This document shows positions 27,430 to 35,359 of a stretch of 64,000 nt of DNA, piece by piece; the stretch's first letter is position 1; each line of letters begins with the position of its first letter. A program made the translations under genes and the position numbers. This stretch comes from an uncultured Gammaproteobacteria bacterium. GTDB taxonomy: Bacteria > Patescibacteriota > Microgenomatia > Levybacterales > GWA1-39-11. Below the pieces are notes generated by a model. The model saw only the letters and a list, made by a program, of their open reading frames with translations. It ran no database searches and was not told the origin of the DNA. The stretch is from assembly GCA_964511965.1 (NCBI GenBank), contig CAZEGF010000008.1, positions 3,497-67,496 on the forward strand. Reading direction: 5' to 3'.

Positions 27430-28314
27430 TTGTGTTCAAAAATTATTATGACCAACGTTTTACGTCTCAGGGACGCTCATGGAAAATTCCAGGACTTCCT
27501 CAAAACTAAGAATCGAGCGTCCGCAACCATATTAGCATATGGCAAAGATATCGAGCAATTGATTGAGTTTCTCGAAGCATTGGAAAAAAACAACATTCAC
27601 GAGATTAATGGAACGGATATCCAAGCATTTCTAACTAAGCTAAAAAACGAAGGATATACCCCAAAATCTCTATCAAGAAAACTTAATTCCACAAGAACAT
27701 TTTATAGATATTTAAAGGTTAATGAATTTGTAACCGACGACCCTTCATTGCTAGTGGAACACCCTAAATATGAGCTCAATCCTCCAAGAATGTTGTCTCC
27801 GCTAGAATATAGAGCATTAAGAGATGCAGCTTCAGTTGACTCAAGAATTTACGCTATTATTGAGGTACTCCTCCAAACTGGTATTAGGATTGGAGAGCTT
27901 GCAAACCTTAGAGTAGAAGATATTAATGACAATGCTCTTCATATTCGAACCTATGAAGGACATGAAGCTCGAGAAGTACCACTTAATAGACGTGCTAAAG
28001 AAGCGTTAAAAAGATATATGGAAACACGGGCAAAAACAGAGGACACGCACGTTTTTGTAACCAAAACTGGGAGACCATTTTTAGTAAGAAATATTAGAGA
28101 TGCAGTTGAAAGATACTTCAAAAAAGCCGGAATTGAAGATGTTAAGATTAATGATCTTCGACATACTTTTGTCGCACATCACCTCAAAAATGGAGTCTCA
28201 CTTGTGTTTCTGTCTCGCGTTTTAGGACACAAAAGACTCTCTTCAACAGAGCGATATTTGCAATACGTTAAAGACTACAAGTCCGGTGAGGCTACCTCTC
28301 TTCAAGAACTTTAA
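27430..28314 (+). CDS. Tyrosine site-specific recombinase (XerC/XerD / phage-integrase family)
   Basis: C-terminal catalytic pattern LRHTFVAHHL...GH...TERYLQ (R...HxxR...Y). N-terminal SAM-like core-binding domain. Confidence 0.75.
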   Translation: MCSKIIMTNVLRLRDAHGKFQDFLKTKNRASATILAYGKDIEQLIEFLEALEKNNIHEINGTDIQAFLTKLKNEGYTPKSLSRKLNSTRTFYRYLKVNEFVTDDPSLLVEHPKYELNPPRMLSPLEYRALRDAASVDSRIYAIIEVLLQTGIRIGELANLRVEDINDNALHIRTYEGHEAREVPLNRRAKEALKRYMETRAKTEDTHVFVTKTGRPFLVRNIRDAVERYFKKAGIEDVKINDLRHTFVAHHLKNGVSLVFLSRVLGHKRLSSTERYLQYVKDYKSGEATSLQEL

Positions 28315-28344
28315 TTTTTTCTGTATTTGTGACATAGTAGAATC

Positions 28345-28848
28345 ATGGACCACCATTCCTATTCTGATGTCAAAACACTTATTTCCTGGTCAGCTCCCGG
28401 TAGACCTTTTCGTAAAAGAAGCAGAGAATTCTTTTATACGGGAATTCTACTAGTTTTTCTTATTGAGGTCATTTTATTTATTTTCTCTGAATATTTACTC
28501 ATGTTTGTAGTAGCAACTCTTTATTTTTTTTCAATTGCACTCGCAACAGTTCCACCTCAAAATTTTCATTACCGGATTAGTACTCAGGGCATAAAAGTAG
28601 AAGACCATTTCTTCATATGGGAAGAACTGTACGATTTTTATTTTAAGAAAATTGAGGGGGTTGAGGTTCTTATAGTACGCACAAAAAACATGTTACCGGG
28701 GGAGTTGAAAATTTCTTTAGGTGAAGTACCAATGGATCACGTCAGACGTGTCTTGATAGGCTACTTGCCCTATAGGGAGGTTGTAAAATCATCATTTATG
28801 GATAGAAGTGGTGACTGGTTAGCGCATAATTTCCCCCTTGAACATTAG
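28345..28848 (+). CDS. Membrane protein, two TM + bacterial-PH-like domain (paralogue of 24752..25426)
   Basis: Architecture similar to the 24752 gene. Confidence 0.35.
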   Translation: MDHHSYSDVKTLISWSAPGRPFRKRSREFFYTGILLVFLIEVILFIFSEYLLMFVVATLYFFSIALATVPPQNFHYRISTQGIKVEDHFFIWEELYDFYFKKIEGVEVLIVRTKNMLPGELKISLGEVPMDHVRRVLIGYLPYREVVKSSFMDRSGDWLAHNFPLEH

Positions 28849-28885
28849 TTTTATAGGTCATTTTGTTTTATAATACACCAAGCAT

Positions 28886-28958
28886 GCACTCGTAGCTCAA
28901 TGGATAGAGCACTGGATTGCGGATCCAGAGGTTGGTGGTTCGACCCCACTCGGGTGCG
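28886..28958 (+). tRNA. tRNA-Arg, anticodon GCG
   Basis: Manual cloverleaf fold: acceptor gcactcg/cgggtgc, D-arm gctc-aatggata-gagc, anticodon stem ctgga/tccag with loop ttGCGga, T-arm ggtgg-ttcgacc-ccact. 73 nt, no encoded CCA. Confidence 0.7.
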
Positions 28959-28974
28959 CATCGAAGGGAGTAAT

Positions 28975-28988
28975 TGGAGGGTTCGCAT
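28975..28988 (+). pseudogene. Duplicated 5' fragment (ggagggttcgcat, 13-14 nt) of the downstream tRNA-Ser(CGA)
   Basis: Exact 13-nt match to 29031-29043, located 56 nt upstream. Confidence 0.6.
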
Positions 28989-29030
28989 GAAATTTTCAAA
29001 GCAAAGAAAATATTCTGCGAATTAGTATCT

Positions 29031-29115
29031 GGAGGGTTCGCATAGTGGCCAATTGCACGAGTTTCGAAAACTCGAGGGATTCGTCCCTCCACAGGTTCAA
29101 ATCCTGTACCCTCCG
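29031..29115 (+). tRNA. tRNA-Ser, anticodon CGA (long variable arm)
   Basis: Acceptor ggagggt/accctcc. Anticodon stem cgagt/actcg with loop ttCGAaa. Extra arm gggattcgtccc. T-arm aggttcaaatcctgt. 85 nt. Confidence 0.7.
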
Positions 29116-29156
29116 CAAGCCGGCCCTTGTTAGCAAAGCTTGCAAGGGTAAGAATT

Positions 29157-29228
29157 GCCCTTGTAGTCTAATGGATAGAATGCGGGATTCCGGATCCTGT
29201 GATGCGGGTTCGACTCCCGCCGGGGGCG
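29157..29228 (+). tRNA. tRNA-Arg, anticodon CCG
   Basis: Acceptor gcccttg/cgggggc (two G-U pairs). Anticodon stem cggga/tcctg with loop ttCCGga. T-arm gcggg-ttcgact-cccgc. The D-arm is irregular. Confidence 0.6.
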
Positions 29229-29292
29229 CACATTAAAGACGAGTTTATGGTAGATAGTTGTTAGTTTATAGCTTAATACAAAAATTGTTTTT

Positions 29293-29327
29293 AACTACAA
29301 ACTACTGACTACAAACTATAAACTAAC
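29293..29327. repeat. 7-nt tandem repeat, 5 units (aactaca / aactact / gactaca / aactata / aactaac) ending 3 nt before tRNA-Ser(GGA)
   Basis: Read from the sequence. The same unit occurs inside murD at 31691-31725. Confidence 0.8.
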
Positions 29328-29330
29328 TAA

Positions 29331-29414
29331 GGAGGAGTCGGATAGCGGTCCATTCCACATGCTTGGAAAGTATGCGTGCGCAAGCACTCGCGAGTTCGAA
29401 TCTCGCCTCCTCCG
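29331..29414 (+). tRNA. tRNA-Ser, anticodon GGA (long variable arm)
   Basis: Acceptor ggaggag/ctcctcc. Anticodon stem catgc/gtatg with loop ttGGAaa. T-arm gcgag-ttcgaat-ctcgc. 84 nt. Confidence 0.65.
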
Positions 29415-29465
29415 CAAGAATTTGGTACAATAACAGGCTAGTAATTTAAAGAAGTAGACATGGCT

Positions 29466-29505
29466 GGAGAGCTCGGCTGGTTCGAGCACAGCATTCAGCG
29501 CTCAT
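29466..29505 (+). pseudogene. Degenerate 5' pseudo-copy of tRNA-Met (first 23 nt identical: ggctggagagctcggctggttcg)
   Basis: 23-nt exact match to 29526-29548 followed by a diverged anticodon-arm-like segment. Cannot be folded into a complete tRNA. Confidence 0.6.
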
Positions 29506-29525
29506 TTACAATTTGCAGATTTTTT

Positions 29526-29603
29526 GGCTGGAGAGCTCGGCTGGTTCGTAGCACCGCATTCATAACGCGGCGGTCGTGGGTTCAAACCCCACTCCAGCTA
29601 CCA
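29526..29603 (+). tRNA. tRNA-Met (anticodon CAT; elongator Met, or Ile2 if lysidinylated), CCA encoded
   Basis: Acceptor ggctgga/tccagct. Anticodon loop ttCATaa. T-arm gtggg-ttcaaac-cccac. Discriminator A followed by CCA. Long D-loop. Confidence 0.65.
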
Positions 29604-29687
29604 ATTTCTGCAAATTGAAAATGTAACGCATCGGTCGAGGGGACAACCTTTTTGTGAGAAGCAAAATAGGGAAGGTTCTGAGCGTAA

Positions 29688-29712
29688 GCGAAGGTTCTTA
29701 ACCCCACTCCAG
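29688..29712 (+). pseudogene. Degenerate 3' pseudo-copy of tRNA-Met (ggttcttaaccccactccagcta versus ggttcaaaccccactccagcta)
   Basis: 21 of 23 identity to the T-arm and 3' acceptor of the Met tRNA, about 100 nt downstream of it. Confidence 0.55.
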
Positions 29713-29742
29713 CTACTATTTTTTAGTAGTTTATATCTTCAC

Positions 29743-30528
29743 ATGAACACTCAACCAATTGGAGTTTTTGATTCGGGGGTAGGGGGACTCTCAATACTAT
29801 TAGAAATTCAAAAACTGTTGCCCAATGAAACCTCAATTTTTGTAGCAGATCAGGCTTACGTTCCATACGGACGAAAATCTAAAGAAGAATTGATCGAAAG
29901 AGTTGGAAAAATTATGGATTTTTTTGTAAAAAATGAGGTAAAAGCAGTTGTTGTTGCATGTAATACGGCAACTGTTTACACAATCGATGAAATGAGAAAA
30001 AAATACAATATTCCCATAATAGGAACAGTTCCGGTTATAAAAGTTATAGCCAGAATGACAAGAGCAGGTAAAACAGCTGTTTTTTCAACACCTGCAACTG
30101 CAAAAAGCCCATATCTAGCAAAACTGATTGAAGAATTTGCGCCTAATATAGTTGTTGAAAAAGTAGGTGGGTCAAATCTGGAAGAATTGATTGAAAATGG
30201 GAACATTAATGATCCGGCTATTTTAGAGAGATTAAAATTTCATTTACTGCCACTTGTAAAAGACGGAGTAGACGCAATCGCCCTCGGTTGCACTCATTAC
30301 CCTTTTTTAAAGGAAAAAATTAAAAGAGTCGTTGGTTCCAAGGTAAAAATTGTCGATTCCGGTGGAGCAGTTGCTAGAAGATTGGCGTTCGTTTTGGAGC
30401 ATGAAAAAATTCTTTCTCAGCAAAAAGGACAGGATTTATATTACACTACTGGAGACAAAGAGAAATTTGAGAAAGTAGCAAGCGAACTAACAAAAAAGGA
30501 AATTACAGCAGAACATGTTAATTTATAA
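29743..30528 (+). CDS. murI: Glutamate racemase
   Basis: IGVFDSGVGGLSIL N-terminus and the two catalytic Cys regions (ACNTAT and GCTHYP). Confidence 0.85.
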   Translation: MNTQPIGVFDSGVGGLSILLEIQKLLPNETSIFVADQAYVPYGRKSKEELIERVGKIMDFFVKNEVKAVVVACNTATVYTIDEMRKKYNIPIIGTVPVIKVIARMTRAGKTAVFSTPATAKSPYLAKLIEEFAPNIVVEKVGGSNLEELIENGNINDPAILERLKFHLLPLVKDGVDAIALGCTHYPFLKEKIKRVVGSKVKIVDSGGAVARRLAFVLEHEKILSQQKGQDLYYTTGDKEKFEKVASELTKKEITAEHVNL

Positions 30529-30530
30529 CT

Positions 30531-31886
30531 ATGGATGCATATAATGATAAAAAAGTTGCGATTTTGGGGTTCGGAATAGAAGGGATGAGTGTTGCCGACT
30601 TTTTAACTGAGTCTGAAATTACTATTTTTGATGAAAAAAAGAGGGAGGATTTTGACCCTGAAATTTTAACTCAGTATGAGGCTAAAGGGATTAAATTTGA
30701 GCTTGGAGGAATTGGTGGTTTGACAGATTTTTTTGCAGTATTTAGGTCTCCTGGTTTTCACCCCAAAACTCCACAATTAGCAGAGGCTTCAAAAAATGGA
30801 GTAGAAATAACATCTGCCACAAAATTATTCTTTGATTTATGCCCAGCGCCCATAGTTGGCGTGACTGGAACAAAAGGGAAAGGTACTACCTCTACACTTA
30901 TATACGAAATGCTCAAAAAAGAGGGGTTTGACGCGTTTCTAGGGGGTAATATAGGGACTCCTCCTCTTAGTTTTCTATCCAACGTTACAGCAGATTCTAA
31001 AGTAGTTTTAGAATTATCTAGTTTTCAGCTCATTGACCTTGAAAAAAGCCCACACGTAGCGGTCATGCTTATGGTTACTTCAGAACATTTAGATTACCAC
31101 GAGGATGTATATGAATATATTGAAGCAAAAAGGAACATTTTCAAATACCAGGACGAATCAGATTTTGCCGTGGTGAACCGAGATTATCCTGCTAGTAATG
31201 AATCCGATATCCATACAATAGGGAAAGTGTATCAAGTCAGTCGTTTTCAGGAAATTATGCAAGGATGTTTTGTAAAAGATGATGAAATTTACCTCAAAAT
31301 GGATGGACATGAAGAAGCAATATTGCCAACAAAGGAGTTAGGACTGATAGGAAAACACAATCATGAAAATGTTTGTGCGGCAGTCGTTGCTTCTATTTGT
31401 GCTGGAGCTTCTATGAAATCCATTTTGTCGGTTTTGAGATCATTTAAGGGTCTTGAGCATAGAATTGAGTTTGTAAGACTCGTTAGGGGAGTCAAATACT
31501 ATGATGACTCTTTTTCAACTACCCCCGAAACAGCAATTGCAGCAATCGAGTCATTTGAAGAGCCAAAAATTCTGATTTTAGGAGGATCTTCTAAAAATTC
31601 TGACTTTTCAGAGCTTGGACAGATAATTTCTGAATCAGGAACGATAAAAGCAATTATTGGAATAGGAATTGAGTGGGAAAGGATTAAGCTAACTATAAAC
31701 CATAAACTACAAACTATAAACTATATTGAAGATTGTCAAAATATGCACGAGATCGTGCAAAAAGCGGCAGAAATTAGCGAGGTAGGGGATGTTGTTCTTC
31801 TATCCCCGGCTTGTGCCTCGTTTGGAATGTTTAAATCATACAAAGACCGCGGAGAGCAGTTCAAAAATGAGGTAAATGAGCTATAA
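30531..31886 (+). CDS. murD: UDP-N-acetylmuramoyl-L-alanine--D-glutamate ligase
   Basis: Mur ligase P-loop GVTGTKGKGTT, middle and C-terminal domains, VLLSPACASFGMF tail. Contains an in-frame heptamer-repeat insertion at 31691-31725. Confidence 0.85.
   Translation: MDAYNDKKVAILGFGIEGMSVADFLTESEITIFDEKKREDFDPEILTQYEAKGIKFELGGIGGLTDFFAVFRSPGFHPKTPQLAEASKNGVEITSATKLFFDLCPAPIVGVTGTKGKGTTSTLIYEMLKKEGFDAFLGGNIGTPPLSFLSNVTADSKVVLELSSFQLIDLEKSPHVAVMLMVTSEHLDYHEDVYEYIEAKRNIFKYQDESDFAVVNRDYPASNESDIHTIGKVYQVSRFQEIMQGCFVKDDEIYLKMDGHEEAILPTKELGLIGKHNHENVCAAVVASICAGASMKSILSVLRSFKGLEHRIEFVRLVRGVKYYDDSFSTTPETAIAAIESFEEPKILILGGSSKNSDFSELGQIISESGTIKAIIGIGIEWERIKLTINHKLQTINYIEDCQNMHEIVQKAAEISEVGDVVLLSPACASFGMFKSYKDRGEQFKNEVNEL
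31691..31725 (+). repeat. 7-nt tandem repeat (aactata / aaccata / aactaca / aactata / aactata) in frame inside murD, encoding INHKLQTINYI
   Basis: Read from the sequence. Confidence 0.8.
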
Positions 31887-32871
31887 TACATCTATGACTA
31901 AAAGAGTTTTGTCAGGAATTAGAGCAACTGGCCGATTGCATCTCGGGAACTATCTTGGTGCCGTAAAGGGAATGCTTGAGCTTCAAGATAATCCTGATTA
32001 CGAAACCTTATATATGGTTGCTGATGTTCATACGATTACTACACCATACCAAGTTGAAGAGTTGAGAAAGAATAGACGTGAGGTCATTTTAGACTATTTG
32101 GCTGCAGGTCTTGACCCTGAAAAATCAATTATTTTCCAGCAATCTGAGGTCAATGAGCACTTAGAACTCGCATTTTATTTTTCATCAGTTGCAACAGTTG
32201 CAAAAATGCAGCATCTGCCAACATATAAAGATAAGGTAAAACAACACCCGGATCATGTAACTCTTGCTCTCCTTAATTACCCTGCTCTTATGGCAGCTGA
32301 CATTTTAATATATAAAGCAAGTTTGGTTCCTGTTGGAATTGATCAAGAACCTCATTTGGAAGTGGCTCGTGAAATTGCTCGACGCTTTAATCAAGACTAC
32401 GGAACCGACTTTCCAGAACCAAAACGGTTTGCAACAAAAGGAGAATATGTTCCGTCTCTGACTGGTACTGGCAAGATGAGTAAGTCTGTTGAGGGTAGTT
32501 ATATTAATTTAACTGACTCGTTGGATGAGATTAAAGGAAAAATAGCAAAAATCCCAACCGATGGGGGACAAGGGACCGATATTGTGGGGGGAGTTAAGAA
32601 TTTATTTGAATTTGTAGAGCTTTTTGAAGGGAAGGAAAAGAGGGATGCGTACGAAACTCAATACAAAGGAGAAGGAGTTCGTTACGGAGACATAAAAAGA
32701 GAGTTGGCTGAAGCGATTTTTGAAGAACTCGCCCCAATACAAGAAAAAAGAAAGCAGCTTGAAGCAAATCCGGAATTTGTAAACAAAGTTATTGAAGAGG
32801 GAGCTTTTAAAGCTAGAAATTTAGCCAGAGAAACGATTGATGAAGTACGCTTCAAAATGGGTCTCAAATAA
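31876..32871 (+). CDS. trpS: Tryptophanyl-tRNA synthetase
   Basis: Class I HIGH-like GRLHLGNYLGA, KMSKS present, about 330 aa. The 11-nt overlap with murD indicates translational coupling. Confidence 0.85.
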   Translation: MSYNTSMTKRVLSGIRATGRLHLGNYLGAVKGMLELQDNPDYETLYMVADVHTITTPYQVEELRKNRREVILDYLAAGLDPEKSIIFQQSEVNEHLELAFYFSSVATVAKMQHLPTYKDKVKQHPDHVTLALLNYPALMAADILIYKASLVPVGIDQEPHLEVAREIARRFNQDYGTDFPEPKRFATKGEYVPSLTGTGKMSKSVEGSYINLTDSLDEIKGKIAKIPTDGGQGTDIVGGVKNLFEFVELFEGKEKRDAYETQYKGEGVRYGDIKRELAEAIFEELAPIQEKRKQLEANPEFVNKVIEEGAFKARNLARETIDEVRFKMGLK

Positions 32872-32879
32872 CTCCTACT

Positions 32880-33158
32880 ATGAAACAGGCTCATGTATAT
32901 ATTTCCGGTTTTGTGCAAGGCGTAGGATTTCGTGCTTATGTACGCTCAAAAGCGCGTAAAATGAATATATTTGGTTGGGTAAGAAACTTAAGCGACGATC
33001 GAGTTGAGGCTGTTTTTCAAGGAGACGAGAATAATATTAAAAAACTCATAGCGCTTTGCAAAAGAGGACCATTTTTTGCACAAGTAACGGACGTTGTCGT
33101 TGATTGGGAAGATCAAAAAGAGTCGTTTGTCGAGTTTACTAAAAGAGAAACATTGTGA
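32880..33158 (+). CDS. acyP: Acylphosphatase
   Basis: [11 protein letters not shown] and [17 protein letters not shown] signatures. 92 aa. Confidence 0.8.
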   Translation: MKQAHVYISGFVQGVGFRAYVRSKARKMNIFGWVRNLSDDRVEAVFQGDENNIKKLIALCKRGPFFAQVTDVVVDWEDQKESFVEFTKRETL

Positions 33159-33391
33159 AAAAAATTATTTTGCATCTTATAAAGAGCTATCAGCGTACCG
33201 TTTTTTTCCATAACGAGATTTTTAAAACCGTTTTTATGTCTGACAGTGTTTGTAGATTTGAACCAAGTTGTTCAAACTATACATATCAAGCAATCGATAA
33301 ATACGGGGTTTTAAAAGGTGGATTGATAGGTTTAAAACGGATTGTAAGATGCCATCCTTTCTCAAAGGGTGGATATGACCCGCTCCCTTAA
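33155..33391 (+). CDS. yidD: Membrane protein insertion efficiency factor YidD
   Basis: Conserved [10 protein letters not shown]...[11 protein letters not shown] motif. 78 aa. Confidence 0.8.
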   Translation: MKKIILHLIKSYQRTVFFHNEIFKTVFMSDSVCRFEPSCSNYTYQAIDKYGVLKGGLIGLKRIVRCHPFSKGGYDPLP

Positions 33392-33424
33392 GTAGTAGCA
33401 ATTGAGGCTATACTATGATACAAT

Positions 33425-35311
33425 TTGGTCGGTTTTAAAGTTGCCCCCTCAATAGGTCAGGAAATCATGAAGATCAAAAGACAAGGTAAAAAAAATGGAT
33501 TCCGTTTTGGTTGGAAAGACCTTTTCTTGTATGGTTTTTTGATTCTTTTCCTTTTTTTTCTAACAATTGGGATCGGAGATTTTTCGAATAATGGACAGGA
33601 TCAAAATATTTCGCTATCACAAACCCTTTCCGAAGTAAAAGAGAATAAGATTAAAGAAATTGTAGTTTCAGACAATAAAATGGACATCCTTTATAAGGAT
33701 GGTAAAAAAGCGACTACTAAAAAAGAACCCGGAACATCACTTTATGAAGTATTTAAAGACGCTAATGTTGATGCGAGTAAGGTTAAAATTAGTATTAAAG
33801 ATTCTTCAGCACTTAACGCATGGATCGGGATTATAGCGAATTTTCTTCCGGTTCTTCTTATTATTGGCTTTTTCTATTTTGTTTTCCGTCAAGCACGTGG
33901 TGCTCAAGAAAATATTTTCTCTTTTGGTAACAATAAAGCAAAAGCATTTAATAAAGTTTTTCCGAAGGTAACTTTTAATGACGTCGCGGGAGTTGATGAA
34001 GCAAAACAGGAACTATCAGAAGTTGTAGACTTTCTTAAAAACCCTCAAAAGTACGCAGAAATGGGTGCAAGAACACCAAAAGGAGTACTTTTAGTTGGGC
34101 CGGCTGGAACCGGTAAAACTCTTATGGCCCGGGCTGTTGCTGGTGAGGCAAAGGTAGCATTTTACTCTATTGCCGGATCTGAATTTATGGAAATGTTAGT
34201 TGGAGTTGGTGCGGCTAGAGTTCGTGACCTGTTTCTTAATGCAAAAAAGGCTCAACCGGCAATCATTTTTATTGATGAAATAGATGCGATAGGACGTCAA
34301 CGGGGGGGAAATATGATGGGAGGACACGATGAGCGTGAACAAACCTTAAACCAAATATTGGTTGAGATGGATGGATTTACACCAACAGAACAACTGGTTG
34401 TTATTGCAGCCACAAACAGACCGGATATTTTAGACTCTGCATTAGTCAGACCAGGAAGATTTGATCGAAGAATTATGATTTCGTATCCGGACATCGAGGG
34501 AAGAAAAGCAATTTTAGCTATTCATGCAAAAGGCAAGCCATTTATAGCTAAAGTTAATTGGGAAAGTGTAGCAAAAAGAACAGTTGGATATTCAGGAGCT
34601 GATCTTGAAAATATGTTAAATGAAGCCGCCATATTGGCAGCTCGTTCAAATAGAAAGACCATTAATATGGATGATTTAGAGGAAGCTGCTACAAAAGTTA
34701 AGATGGGACCGGAAAAAAAGAGACTTCAAACTGATGAAGACAAGAAAATTACAGCCTATCACGAGTCAGGTCATGCAATTGTAAGTTACGCCATGCCTAA
34801 GGCTGACCCTGTTCATAGAATATCAATTGTCGGTCGTGGAATGTCTTTGGGTCACACGCTTATTCCACCTCAATTTGATAGAGTGCACGAAACAAAAACA
34901 AGATTACTAGAGCAAATTGCAACAATGCTTGGGGGTCGAGTTGCTGAAGACCTTATTTTTGCCGAGGTGACAACTGGTGCCTCAAATGACATCGAGAAAG
35001 CAACTGAGGTAGCTCGTACTATGGTTGTTGAATATGGCATGAGTAGACTTGGACCGGTAAATATGGAGCCAAATGAACCAAATATGTTTGGGGAAAACCA
35101 AAATATTTCAGAATCCATGAAGACTGCAATCGACCGCGAGGTTTCATTCATCATTGATGAAGCTTATAAAAGAGCTGTTCTTGCACTTAAACAAAATAGA
35201 AAGAAATTGGATGAGGTTGCTTCAATTTTAATCCAAAAAGAGACATTGGAAGGAGAACAATTCGAGAAAATAATGAAAGGAACCAAGACCATAATCAAAA
35301 AAACCTCCTAA
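33425..35311 (+). CDS. ftsH: ATP-dependent zinc metalloprotease FtsH
   Basis: AAA Walker A GPAGTGKT, Walker B IIFIDEID, SRH, Zn-binding HESGHAIV, two N-terminal TM helices. The true start may be the internal Met at 33467 (MKIKRQGKK...). Confidence 0.9.
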   Translation: MVGFKVAPSIGQEIMKIKRQGKKNGFRFGWKDLFLYGFLILFLFFLTIGIGDFSNNGQDQNISLSQTLSEVKENKIKEIVVSDNKMDILYKDGKKATTKKEPGTSLYEVFKDANVDASKVKISIKDSSALNAWIGIIANFLPVLLIIGFFYFVFRQARGAQENIFSFGNNKAKAFNKVFPKVTFNDVAGVDEAKQELSEVVDFLKNPQKYAEMGARTPKGVLLVGPAGTGKTLMARAVAGEAKVAFYSIAGSEFMEMLVGVGAARVRDLFLNAKKAQPAIIFIDEIDAIGRQRGGNMMGGHDEREQTLNQILVEMDGFTPTEQLVVIAATNRPDILDSALVRPGRFDRRIMISYPDIEGRKAILAIHAKGKPFIAKVNWESVAKRTVGYSGADLENMLNEAAILAARSNRKTINMDDLEEAATKVKMGPEKKRLQTDEDKKITAYHESGHAIVSYAMPKADPVHRISIVGRGMSLGHTLIPPQFDRVHETKTRLLEQIATMLGGRVAEDLIFAEVTTGASNDIEKATEVARTMVVEYGMSRLGPVNMEPNEPNMFGENQNISESMKTAIDREVSFIIDEAYKRAVLALKQNRKKLDEVASILIQKETLEGEQFEKIMKGTKTIIKKTS

Positions 35312-35359
35312 TAAGGACGTATTACCCGAATTACATTTGAAACTGATATACTTAATTTT

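Noticed and set aside
29466-29712. Group I intron or split tRNA explanation for the tRNA-Met 5' and 3' pseudo-halves
   Set aside because: A complete, foldable tRNA-Met with encoded CCA lies between the halves. The intervening DNA is too short and lacks intron core elements.
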